Positions 29,895-39,151 of a stretch of DNA of 64,000 nt are shown in pieces. How positions within the stretch are numbered: the first letter of the stretch is position 1; the number at the start of each line of letters is the position of its first letter. The position numbers were made by a program, and so were the translations under genes. Source of the stretch: a bacterium (lineage in GTDB: Bacteria > Synergistota > GBS-1). The stretch is from assembly GCA_030153785.1 (NCBI GenBank), contig JASKLF010000008.1, forward strand, positions 1 through 64,000. Reading direction: 5' to 3'. The notes under the pieces were generated by a model. That model saw only the letters and a program-made list of their open reading frames with translations, ran no database searches and was not told the origin of the DNA.

Positions 29895-30280
29895 AGGAAA
29901 AGGTAGCATATATAAAGGGTTTCATTAAGGGCGGAGGGGTGACAGAAAAAAATTTTGAGGAAATAGTGAATTTGATAGTAGATGCTTTGGATGACGTGGC
30001 TTCCGTACTTGAGGAGTTAGAAAAGAACCAGCTTGACCTTGAGGAGTATGTAGAGTCCATTGACGATGATTTGGCAAATCTGGAGAAGGAATTTTGGGGA
30101 GAAGAAGGCGAAGCTGTTGAAGAAGAGTTCGAAGAGATAGAGTGTTCCAATTGTGGGGAGATGTTCTTTGTTCCGATTGAAGATTTGTATTCTGAGGAGG
30201 AAATAAGATGTCCAGTATGTGGGAAGGCTGTCGTTGTTGGGGAGGTAGAGGAGGGTGGAGATGGAAAGCAAGCATCCTGA
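29885..30280 (+). CDS. CD1247-like acidic Zn-ribbon protein
   Basis: LKEKVAYIKG N-terminus, IDDDL..LE, CSNC/CPVC. Confidence 0.7.
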   Translation: MSLKEKVAYIKGFIKGGGVTEKNFEEIVNLIVDALDDVASVLEELEKNQLDLEEYVESIDDDLANLEKEFWGEEGEAVEEEFEEIECSNCGEMFFVPIEDLYSEEEIRCPVCGKAVVVGEVEEGGDGKQAS

Positions 30281-30650
30281 TGTTAAGGGAGAAATAAAGA
30301 TAAATGAAGACGTCATAGCCACTATAGTGGCTATGGCTTTGGCCGAAGTAAAGGGAATAAAGCCTGCTACGGGTGGAAGTTTTATAGAGGAGCTTGCTGA
30401 AAAGTTTGGTAAAAAGCCTACCCCGAGAGGAGTAAAGGTCGAAGTAGAGGAGGGGGAGGTTAGTGTAGACCTTTCGCTCACAGTAGAATACGGCATGAGA
30501 ATTCCCAACCTTGTGTTGGAGGTCCAGGAAAAGATAAAAAACACCGTTGAAGAGATGACGGGTTATAAGGTTAGGGAAGTAAATGTGACAATTCAAGGGA
30601 TACATCTTGGAAGGAAAGAAGAGAAAGAAGAAAGGGAAGGTGAGCTTTAA
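30261..30650 (+). CDS. Asp23/Gls24 family protein
   Basis: GEIKINEDVIATI, VEYG..IP, VEEMTG, VNVTIQGI; precedes nusB. Confidence 0.9.
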   Translation: MESKHPDVKGEIKINEDVIATIVAMALAEVKGIKPATGGSFIEELAEKFGKKPTPRGVKVEVEEGEVSVDLSLTVEYGMRIPNLVLEVQEKIKNTVEEMTGYKVREVNVTIQGIHLGRKEEKEEREGEL

Positions 30651-30659
30651 GGATATACC

Positions 30660-31070
30660 TTGAAAAGGAGAAGGGGAAGAGAATTAGCTTTACAAATTCT
30701 TTATCAGTTTGACTTCAGGCCAAGGCTTACATATGATAAGGCGTTGAAAAGCTTGCCATTAGAATTAGAACTGCCAGAGGTAAAGTCTTTTACTGAAGAG
30801 ATAGTTAAGGGCGTTCTCGATTTTAAGGAAGAAATAGACAAACTTATAGAGAAGCATACGGTTGGGTGGAAGATAGATAGGATGGCTTCTGTAGATAGGA
30901 ACATTTTAAGAATTGCTCTATATGAGATACTTAGACGAAGGGAAGATGTTCCCCTTTCTGTCGCCATAAATGAAGCTGTGGAGCTTGCCAAAAAATATGG
31001 GACCGAGGAATCTAGTAAGTTTGTAAATGGTGTTTTAGCGAAAATAGTTCGTGAGGAAGGATTGGAATGA
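30660..31070 (+). CDS. nusB: Transcription antitermination factor NusB
   Basis: RRRGRELALQILY, DRNILR, AINEAVELAK, FVNGVL. Confidence 0.95.
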   Translation: MKRRRGRELALQILYQFDFRPRLTYDKALKSLPLELELPEVKSFTEEIVKGVLDFKEEIDKLIEKHTVGWKIDRMASVDRNILRIALYEILRRREDVPLSVAINEAVELAKKYGTEESSKFVNGVLAKIVREEGLE

Positions 31071-31861
31071 ACAAATACAAGAAGAAGTTTTTAGGAAGAC
31101 TAAAATATAGATATAATCTATGGCGTCCTTTGGGGCAAGCCATGGATGACTATAAGATGATACTTGATGGAGAAAAAATAGGGGTTGCCGTTTCTGGAGG
31201 TAAAGATAGTATAGTTCTTCTGGACCTTCTTTGGAAGCTACTTAAGTTTGCACCAATAAAGTTTGAAATTTACTGTTTAACCCTAAATATGGGGTGGCAG
31301 GGGTTCGACCCTACACCCATAGAGAGGTTATGCGAAGAGAGAAATATACCGTTTTTCTACATGGAGACAGAAATAGCAAAGGTTCTCGAACTTAAAAAGG
31401 AGAAAGACCCATGTTCTTTGTGTAGCTCGATGCGTAGGGGGGCTTTATATGAACTTGCGGAAAAAGTAGGTTGCCATAAAATAGCTTTGGGGCATCACCT
31501 TGACGATATCATTACGGCTTTTATGTTGAGCCTCTTTTTTGCGGGTTCTTTGGAAACTAGCAGACCTTGGGTTCGGTCTGAGTGCGGTAGGTTTGTCATT
31601 GTTAGGCCTTTAGCCTATGTTAGGGAGGATGTGATTGTCTCCTATCACAAGGAGATGGGGCTTCCCTTGGTGGAAAGTAATTGTCCTTATGCTACTTCTA
31701 ATTATAGAAGCGAGATGAAAAAGATTCTTGCCGAGCTTGAAAAGTTAAATCCCAATGTTAGAAGTTGTATCCTTAACGCTTTAAAGAAAGGAGGGCTGTT
31801 GGATCCAATTGAGCGTGGAAAGATTGATTTGGGAAGCGAGGGAAGCCTTAAATGGGTGTGA
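31067..31861 (+). CDS. ttcA: tRNA 2-thiocytidine synthetase TtcA family
   Basis: PP-loop SGGKDS, PCSLC..MRRG, GHHLDD, RPL, CP. Confidence 0.85.
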   Translation: MNKYKKKFLGRLKYRYNLWRPLGQAMDDYKMILDGEKIGVAVSGGKDSIVLLDLLWKLLKFAPIKFEIYCLTLNMGWQGFDPTPIERLCEERNIPFFYMETEIAKVLELKKEKDPCSLCSSMRRGALYELAEKVGCHKIALGHHLDDIITAFMLSLFFAGSLETSRPWVRSECGRFVIVRPLAYVREDVIVSYHKEMGLPLVESNCPYATSNYRSEMKKILAELEKLNPNVRSCILNALKKGGLLDPIERGKIDLGSEGSLKWV

Positions 31862-32840
31862 GGTAGTAGTTGCTCTTTCTGGGGGTATGGATAGCTCTTT
31901 GGTTCTCCATGTGGTTGCTAAGGCTGTTTCTAAGGATAAAGTTAGAGCTGTTACTTTGGACTATGGAATCTACACTTATGATATATCAAAGATTTCCGCT
32001 AAAATGGTGGCAGAAGATGCTGGAGTAAGGCATTTTTTTATAGAAGCTAAGGAAGCTTTTGAGAAGGTTCATAAGCGAGGCCAAGCCTGTAATAGATGTG
32101 TTAGAACGAAATTGGCGATAATAAGGGAACATTTCCCTGGTTGTATAATAGTTACAGGGGCGAATCTAACTGATAGTTGGAGTAGGATAGGCGTAAAGCG
32201 TTTTAAGGATATATATGCCCCTCTTTTAAACCTTAGCAAATCTGAAATAAAGAGTTTTGCGGAGGAGCTCGGCGTCAGGTATTACAGAATAGGAGAGGGC
32301 GTTTCTAGGGAAGGATGTAAAGTAAAGCATTTATGGAAGCCTCTTGTTGCTCCTGAATACCATGGGATGGCCGTTTGCTTGGCTAATGATATTTTGTTGT
32401 CGTTTTTGAGACAGAACTCCTTTAATTTTAAGTTTGCTAACGTTAAAGTGGTAGGACCGCTGAGTAAAAATATAGCGCTTATTAATGTAAGTCCTCTTTT
32501 GCCTGATAGTCTTAAAGAAAAGCTCAGGGAAGAACTCCTTTCTGTTAGAGAAATAGATGAAGTTTATTTCTTAGAGGGGAAGTATCTTTTGAAGGTTAAG
32601 GCAAATCCTTCTATCTATCTTGTTGAGAGCTCTAAAAGGGACTTGGAACAAGGAAAGTTCAAAAAGGAAGTAGCATGTGATATTGAAGTAGAATGGTTGC
32701 TCTCGGGGAATAAAAGGTTACGGACCTTCCATGTTGTAGATGCTGTTAAGGAGGTGCAAAAGGTTGGTTCCTCCAGCACTGACGTGGGAAAACGGATTTC
32801 TGTACATTTTGGACCAGAGGTTGCTTCCTCATGTTGTTGA
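31809..32840 (+). CDS. Uncharacterised PP-loop ATPase (LarE/ExsB-like, three conserved-looking Cys)
   Basis: ALSGGMDSS, CNRC..K, GANLTD, PL, REGCK. Confidence 0.65.
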   Translation: MSVERLIWEAREALNGCEVVVALSGGMDSSLVLHVVAKAVSKDKVRAVTLDYGIYTYDISKISAKMVAEDAGVRHFFIEAKEAFEKVHKRGQACNRCVRTKLAIIREHFPGCIIVTGANLTDSWSRIGVKRFKDIYAPLLNLSKSEIKSFAEELGVRYYRIGEGVSREGCKVKHLWKPLVAPEYHGMAVCLANDILLSFLRQNSFNFKFANVKVVGPLSKNIALINVSPLLPDSLKEKLREELLSVREIDEVYFLEGKYLLKVKANPSIYLVESSKRDLEQGKFKKEVACDIEVEWLLSGNKRLRTFHVVDAVKEVQKVGSSSTDVGKRISVHFGPEVASSCC

Positions 32841-33792
32841 GTATATAAAATGTGAAGACCATAACGATGTTGCTCGTGCCATCAAGGAGATGGCAGTAAG
32901 AGGGGCCCCTGCTATTGGTATAGCAGCGGCTTATGGAGTGGTATTAGGTGTAAGGAAATATTCTTTTGGTAGGTTAGAGGAGATAGTTCAGACGTTAGCT
33001 AAAACTCGACCGACGGCTGTTAACTTGTTTTGGGCTCTTGAAAGGATGAGGGAAAAAGCTGTAAGAGCATCATCTTGGATAGAGCTTCTCGATGAAGCGA
33101 AAAACATACATGAGGAAGATATAAGAGCTAATGAAACCATGGGAAGGTATGGAGCGGAGCTTATACCTGATGGGGCCGGCATACTGACCCATTGTAATGC
33201 CGGTGCTCTTGCAACAGGAGGTTTAGGAACTGCGCTTGGCGTCATAAGGATGGCCTTTCGTCAAGGAAAGAGAATACGTGTTTATGCTGATGAGACTAGA
33301 CCTGTGCTTCAAGGGGCAAGGTTGACTACCTGGGAGCTTATGATGGATGGTATCGATGTTACCCTTATAACGGATAACATGGCGGGCTATCTTATGGCGA
33401 AGGGAGAAATAGATTTGGTAATAGTTGGAGCTGATAGGATAGCTTCTAATGGAGATGTAGCAAACAAGATAGGAACCTATTCTCTTGCTGTTTTGACTAA
33501 ACATCATGATATTCCCTTTTATGTTGCTGCGCCAACTTCTACTATAGACCTTAAGGTTCGCTCTGGGAGAGAAATACCAATTGAAGAAAGGGATCCAAGA
33601 GAGGTTAGGGAGATCGGAGGTGTAAAAATAGCACCGCCCGATGTTAGAGTACTTAATCCTGCTTTTGATGTTACTCCAGCTGAGCTGGTAAGCGCTATAA
33701 TAACGGAGAAAGGAATCTTAAGGCCTCCTTTCGATAAGAGTTTGTATGAGATTTTTGGAGGAGGGGGAAACTTTGATCAAGAAAAGATATAG
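32764..33792 (+). CDS. mtnA: S-methyl-5-thioribose-1-phosphate isomerase
   Basis: LDQR.LP, VRGAPAIG, RPTAVNL, THCNAGALAT, NKIGTY, NPAFDVTP; TTG start after AAGGAGGTG. Confidence 0.94.
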   Translation: MVPPALTWENGFLYILDQRLLPHVVEYIKCEDHNDVARAIKEMAVRGAPAIGIAAAYGVVLGVRKYSFGRLEEIVQTLAKTRPTAVNLFWALERMREKAVRASSWIELLDEAKNIHEEDIRANETMGRYGAELIPDGAGILTHCNAGALATGGLGTALGVIRMAFRQGKRIRVYADETRPVLQGARLTTWELMMDGIDVTLITDNMAGYLMAKGEIDLVIVGADRIASNGDVANKIGTYSLAVLTKHHDIPFYVAAPTSTIDLKVRSGREIPIEERDPREVREIGGVKIAPPDVRVLNPAFDVTPAELVSAIITEKGILRPPFDKSLYEIFGGGGNFDQEKI

Positions 33793-36319
33793 CGGACACC
33801 AATTGAGAAAAATGTTTTTGGATTTTTTTGAAGAGAGGGGCCATAAAGTTTTTCCAAGTTTTTCTTTGATTCCTGATGATCCAACTATACTACTCACTAT
33901 CGCAGGAATGGTTCCCTTTAAACCCTATTTTCTTGGCGAAAAGGAGCCTCCCGTTAGTAGAGCAACGACCTGTCAAAAGTGTATTAGAACAAATGATATA
34001 GAAAACGTTGGTAATACTGCAAGGCATCATACCTTTTTCGAGATGTTGGGAAATTTTTCTTTCGGCGATTACTTTAAGAAGGAAGCCATAGGTTGGGCGT
34101 GGGATTTTGTTACGAAGGTTTTGGAATTGCCTCAAGAGAGGCTATGGGTTACCATTTATGAAGATGACGATGAAGCGTTTGACATCTGGCATAAACTTAT
34201 AGGACTTCCTGAGGAAAGAATAGTAAGGATGGGAGAGGAAGACAACTTTTGGAAAGTTGGTCCTGTTGGACCTTGTGGCCCTTGCTCTGAGATTATAATA
34301 GATCAAGGGGAAGAGTTTGGCTGTGGTAAGCCTACTTGTGGAGTGGGATGTGATTGTGATAGATACCTTGAACTTTGGAATCTCGTCTTTATGCAGTATA
34401 ACAGAAAAGAGGATGGCTCTTTAGAACCATTGCCCAAGAAAAATATAGATACTGGTATGGGATTGGAAAGGCTTGCCTCCGTAATGCAAGGAGTCAGAAA
34501 TGATTTCGAAACGGATTTGCTCTTTCCCTTGATTAGAAAGACTGAAAGCCTTTGTGGAGTTAGATATGGAGATAGACCGGAAAGTGATAAGGCATTGAAG
34601 ATAATAGCGGATCACGTTAGAGCTGTCACTTTCATGATAGCTGATGGAATAATGCCTTCTAATGAAGGAAGAGGTTATGTATTGAGAAGAATTCTTCGCA
34701 GAGCTGTTGTAAGTGGGTGGAGGCTTGGCTTGGAGAAACCTTTCCTTCACGAGTTAGTTTCCAAGGTCGTTGAGATGATGGGAGAAGTATATCCGGAGGT
34801 AGTTGAAAACCATCGCTTGGCTTCTGAAGTCGTTTTGTTAGAGGAAGAGAGGTTTAGAAGAACCTTGTCTTACGGGCTTAACCTTTTTGAAAGTTTAGTT
34901 TCCAAAGCCAAATCGGAAAATCGTGATCTGTTGTCAGGCGAGGAAGTATTTAGACTTTATGATACTTATGGTTTTCCATACGAGCTTACAAGGGAGATGG
35001 CAAGCGAGTATGGGCTTAAGGTAGACGAAGATGGCTTTCTTAAGGCTATGGAGGATCAAAGAGAAAAAGCGAGGCGACGTCTTAGGAAGGAAGGTGCCGA
35101 TAGCTTCTATAGGGATGTTAAGGAGGAAGTGGGAGAGACCATTTTCGTTGGCTATGAAAGACTGGATTCTCAAGCGAAAGTGTTAAGAATAATGGAGAAT
35201 GAAGGTTATCTGGAGGTTGTATTAGATAGGACCCCCTGTTATCCGGAAAAGGGAGGTCAGGTGGGAGACAAGGGGCGAATTGTTGCTGATGGTTTTGAAG
35301 GCAAAATAGAAGATACTTTTTCTCCGGTAGAAGGTTTAATTATTCATAAGGTTGTTCCAATCGAAGGGGTTCTAAAGGAAGGCGATTTGGTAAGGGTAGA
35401 AGTAGACGCTTTTTTAAGAAGAGAAACAGCTAAGCATCACACCGCTACTCACCTCCTTCATCAAGCTTTATGTGATGTCTTGGGTGAGCATGTTAAACAA
35501 TCGGGATCCTTAGTTACGCCGGAGAGACTTAGATTTGACTTTTCGCATTTTTCTCCACTCAGGCCGGAAGAAATAGAAAAGATAGAGAGGACGGTAAACG
35601 AAAAAATTTGGGAAGACCTTAAAGTAGAAGTCTTAAAGATGGAGCTGGATGAAGCGAAGAGATTGGGGGCCAAAGCATTGTTTGAAGGAAGATACGGCGA
35701 AAAAGTAAGGGTCTTAAAGATAGGCGATTATAGCTTGGAGCTTTGTGGGGGTACTCATCTCGATAGAACTGGGCTGATAGGACTTTTTAGGATTGTTTCT
35801 GAGACTGGGATAGGAGCTAATCTCCGCAGAATAGAAGCTGTTTGCGGTAAAGCAGCTTTTGAATATACCAAGGCCTTTGAAAAAGAGCAAAGTGAGAGGA
35901 TTTTTCATCTTGAAAATAGAGAGGAAGAGCTAATCAAGCTGTTAAGGGAAAAGAACTTGGAGATAGGCAGGCTATATCTTGAGAGGGTTTCTCCTAAGAC
36001 GGTAAAAGGTGTAACTGTTTTTTCCTCCTTCCTTCCAGGTTTAGAAGTGTCAGATTTGAGAGTTCTCGGGGATGAAATAAAGTCGCAGCTTAAAAGTTGT
36101 GTGGTTATTTTAGGTAGCGGGGAAAGAAACAGGGCTGTTTTGGTGACAATGGTCACACCTGATTTAATTAAGGTGGGTTGGGATGCCTCAAAGATTGTCA
36201 GAACTATAGGTTCTTTAATCCAAGGTGGAGGTGGCGGCAAGCCCGGATATGCCCAAGCCGGGGGTAAGGATACACAAAAGCTTAAGGAGGTTTTAAGTAA
36301 CATCGAGGCCTATCTATGA
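33773..36319 (+). CDS. alaS: Alanine--tRNA ligase
   Basis: AGMVPFKPYF, RHHTFFEMLGNFSFGDYFK, editing HTATH and ELCGGTH, DHHA1 GGGGG; TTG start from SD. Confidence 0.97.
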   Translation: MIKKRYSGHQLRKMFLDFFEERGHKVFPSFSLIPDDPTILLTIAGMVPFKPYFLGEKEPPVSRATTCQKCIRTNDIENVGNTARHHTFFEMLGNFSFGDYFKKEAIGWAWDFVTKVLELPQERLWVTIYEDDDEAFDIWHKLIGLPEERIVRMGEEDNFWKVGPVGPCGPCSEIIIDQGEEFGCGKPTCGVGCDCDRYLELWNLVFMQYNRKEDGSLEPLPKKNIDTGMGLERLASVMQGVRNDFETDLLFPLIRKTESLCGVRYGDRPESDKALKIIADHVRAVTFMIADGIMPSNEGRGYVLRRILRRAVVSGWRLGLEKPFLHELVSKVVEMMGEVYPEVVENHRLASEVVLLEEERFRRTLSYGLNLFESLVSKAKSENRDLLSGEEVFRLYDTYGFPYELTREMASEYGLKVDEDGFLKAMEDQREKARRRLRKEGADSFYRDVKEEVGETIFVGYERLDSQAKVLRIMENEGYLEVVLDRTPCYPEKGGQVGDKGRIVADGFEGKIEDTFSPVEGLIIHKVVPIEGVLKEGDLVRVEVDAFLRRETAKHHTATHLLHQALCDVLGEHVKQSGSLVTPERLRFDFSHFSPLRPEEIEKIERTVNEKIWEDLKVEVLKMELDEAKRLGAKALFEGRYGEKVRVLKIGDYSLELCGGTHLDRTGLIGLFRIVSETGIGANLRRIEAVCGKAAFEYTKAFEKEQSERIFHLENREEELIKLLREKNLEIGRLYLERVSPKTVKGVTVFSSFLPGLEVSDLRVLGDEIKSQLKSCVVILGSGERNRAVLVTMVTPDLIKVGWDASKIVRTIGSLIQGGGGGKPGYAQAGGKDTQKLKEVLSNIEAYL

Positions 36320-36720
36320 GATATCTGGGACTGGACTGGGGTGAGAAAAGGGTAGGCATTGCGATAAGCGATGTAGAAGGTAAAATTTCAACTCCTCTTA
36401 AGGTTGTTAGTAGAGAGGCCTTGATTAAGGAACTTTTTGCTTTAAGGGAGGAATTTGGAGAGTTCGAAATAGTTTTAGGTCTTCCCGCTCGGACTGATGG
36501 CCTTCCTGGGGCTTCGGAGAAGGAGGTAATAAAGCTTAAGCAGGAATTGGAAGAGCTCGGCTTTAAGGTCCATTTATGGAAGGAATGGTTTTCATCAGTG
36601 GAGGCGAAGAGGATTCTTGATTTATGTGAAGTAAAAGGTGGAAGAAAGAAAGATAGTATAGATAAGATATCAGCAGCTTTAATTCTGGAATCTTATCTGA
36701 GGAGTGTTAGCGGTAAGTGA
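36316..36720 (+). CDS. ruvX: YqgF/RuvX family nuclease
   Basis: LGLDWGEKRVGIA, GLP, IDKISAALILESYL; follows alaS. Confidence 0.88.
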   Translation: MRYLGLDWGEKRVGIAISDVEGKISTPLKVVSREALIKELFALREEFGEFEIVLGLPARTDGLPGASEKEVIKLKQELEELGFKVHLWKEWFSSVEAKRILDLCEVKGGRKKDSIDKISAALILESYLRSVSGK

Positions 36721-39134
36721 TGGACAAAAAGGAACTTACCCCTGCATTGCAGCAATATATGGAGATAAAAGAAAGATACAAAGATGCAATAGTTTTCTTT
36801 AGAATGGGAGATTTCTATGAAATGTTTTACGATGACGCATATGTGGCAGCGCGCGAGTTAGGGCTTACACTTACAGCGCGGGATAGGGAGAAGAAGGTTC
36901 CTCTTGCAGGTGTTCCTTATCATTCTGCCGATACATACATTCGTAGACTTGTAAAAAAAGGATATAAGGTTGTTATATGTGAACAAGTGGGCGAAACAAG
37001 GGGTAAAAAGCTTGTAGAAAGGAAGGTTGTTCGTGTAATCACACCTGGGACTGTAGAGAGCGAAGAGGGGGATGCTAATTACATTGTTTCCATATTTCCT
37101 TCTGGTAATACTTTTGGTATAAGTTATGCTGATTTGATTAATGGTGATTTTTACTTGACCGAGATTGACGAAAAAGATTTAATCTCTGAAATAGGAAGGC
37201 TCTCTCCTGGCGAAATTCTTTTGCCTGAAAATATAGATGTAGAAGAGATTCCAGAGGAAATTCCAAGAACCTTTTTGTCAAAAGCTGATTTTGAGTGGAA
37301 AAACGCTGAGGAGACCTTAAAGCGACATTTTGGTATTAGAAGCTTAGAGAGTTTTGGTTGTAAAGATAAGCTTATTGGCATATCAGCAGCGGGGGCTTTG
37401 CTTTCCTATCTTTATAGGACCCAGCTTGTTGATTTAAAGCACATAACCCAAATAAAGATTCACCAACCCAAGGATTTTATGATTTTAGATTATACTACTC
37501 AGAAGAATCTTGAGCTTATTAAGGGGCTTCACGGTAATGATGAGGCAACGCTATTTGGTGTTCTTGATAAAACAAGGACCTCCATGGGTAGGAGATTATT
37601 AAAGCTTTGGATTTTAAACCCCCTTCGCTCTAAGGATAAGATAAATCAGAGGCTGGAGAGGGTAGAATGGTTTTACAATAACTTTGATATTCTTCGAAAG
37701 ATTCGGGAGACCCTTGGAGGGATCTATGATATAGATAGAATCTTAGGCAGAGTTGGATTAGGCACCTTTACCGCAAAGGATCTTGCCATGTTAAGAGACT
37801 CTTTAAGAAAGATTCCGGATTTGATAAGCCTTCTTAACGATGCTGTCTTGTTCAAGGAACTACTTGATTCCCTTTTTGAAAGTTTAGATATATTCGAAAT
37901 GCTTGATGAAGTTTTGGTTGATTTGCCTCCTCATTCTATTGAGGAGAACGACTTTGTGAGGGCGGGATATGATGAAGAGCTTGACGAGCTTAAAAACCTT
38001 TTAGTGGAAGGGAGACAATGGATAGCTTCTTTTGAGGAGAGAGAAAGGAATCGAACGGGTATAAAGTCCCTTAAGGTTGGTTACAATAAAGTTTTCGGTT
38101 ACTACATAGAGGTTACAAAGGCAAACTTGAATATGGTTCCTCCTGATTACGAGAGGAAACAGACACTGACCCAGGCGGAGCGATTTATAACAAAGGAACT
38201 AAAGGAATATGAAAATAAGATTTTAAGCGCAGAGGATAGGATATTGGAGAAGGTCGCTGAGATAAAGCAGAAATTGGGGGAAAAAGTTTTAAGAAGGGCA
38301 GATTCTCTAAAGAGACTATCGAGTTCTATTGCAGAGATAGATGTTCTTGCCTCTCTTGCCTTTGTCGCTCTTGAAAATGGGTATGTCAGACCCGAGATAA
38401 CCGATTCTAACCTGATTATCATAGAAAAGGGAAGACATCCTATTGTGGAGCACTTCGTGGGTAGAGATCGGTTTATTCCTAACGATGCCTTTTTGGAGCC
38501 TTCTAAGTGCAGGATTATAGTTCTGACTGGTCCGAATATGGCGGGTAAGTCAACCTATCTTAGACAGGTAGCCCATATTGTTATAATGGCACAAATGGGA
38601 AGTTTTGTGCCTGCGAAATTGGCTAGGATAGGCATAGTAGATAGGATCTTTACCCGTATAGGCGCTATGGATGACCTCGCAAGGGGAGAGAGCACCTTTA
38701 TGATAGAAATGTCGGAAACCGCAAATATTCTTAGAAATGCTACTTCTAGGAGTTTAGTTATTTTGGATGAAATAGGAAGAGGCACGAGCACTTATGATGG
38801 CTTAAGTATTGCATGGGCTGTTATAGAATATCTCTATAATTTTGTAGGAGCAAAGGTTCTCTTTGCAACCCACTATCATGAATTAACGGAGCTTGAAAAA
38901 TACTTGCCTGCACTTAAGAATTATCATATGGCCGTTAGCGATGATGGAGGTGAGCTCACCTTCTTGTATAAAGTTCAACCTGGAAGCGCGAACAAAAGTT
39001 ATGGAATAGAGGTTGCTAAGATTGCCGGACTTCCGTCGGAGGTTATAAGGAGAGCCAATGAGATTCTTAGAAGACTTGAAAGCAAAGAATCAAAAATGTT
39101 TTCCCCCAAGCAGCTTGTGTTATTTAGCGATTAA
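36717..39134 (+). CDS. mutS: DNA mismatch repair protein MutS
   Basis: GDFYEMF, TGPNMAGKS, DEIGRGT, ATHYHEL, C-terminal clamp motif QLVLF. Confidence 0.97.
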   Translation: MMDKKELTPALQQYMEIKERYKDAIVFFRMGDFYEMFYDDAYVAARELGLTLTARDREKKVPLAGVPYHSADTYIRRLVKKGYKVVICEQVGETRGKKLVERKVVRVITPGTVESEEGDANYIVSIFPSGNTFGISYADLINGDFYLTEIDEKDLISEIGRLSPGEILLPENIDVEEIPEEIPRTFLSKADFEWKNAEETLKRHFGIRSLESFGCKDKLIGISAAGALLSYLYRTQLVDLKHITQIKIHQPKDFMILDYTTQKNLELIKGLHGNDEATLFGVLDKTRTSMGRRLLKLWILNPLRSKDKINQRLERVEWFYNNFDILRKIRETLGGIYDIDRILGRVGLGTFTAKDLAMLRDSLRKIPDLISLLNDAVLFKELLDSLFESLDIFEMLDEVLVDLPPHSIEENDFVRAGYDEELDELKNLLVEGRQWIASFEERERNRTGIKSLKVGYNKVFGYYIEVTKANLNMVPPDYERKQTLTQAERFITKELKEYENKILSAEDRILEKVAEIKQKLGEKVLRRADSLKRLSSSIAEIDVLASLAFVALENGYVRPEITDSNLIIIEKGRHPIVEHFVGRDRFIPNDAFLEPSKCRIIVLTGPNMAGKSTYLRQVAHIVIMAQMGSFVPAKLARIGIVDRIFTRIGAMDDLARGESTFMIEMSETANILRNATSRSLVILDEIGRGTSTYDGLSIAWAVIEYLYNFVGAKVLFATHYHELTELEKYLPALKNYHMAVSDDGGELTFLYKVQPGSANKSYGIEVAKIAGLPSEVIRRANEILRRLESKESKMFSPKQLVLFSD

Positions 39135-39151
39135 AATGGGGTGTTTTTATC

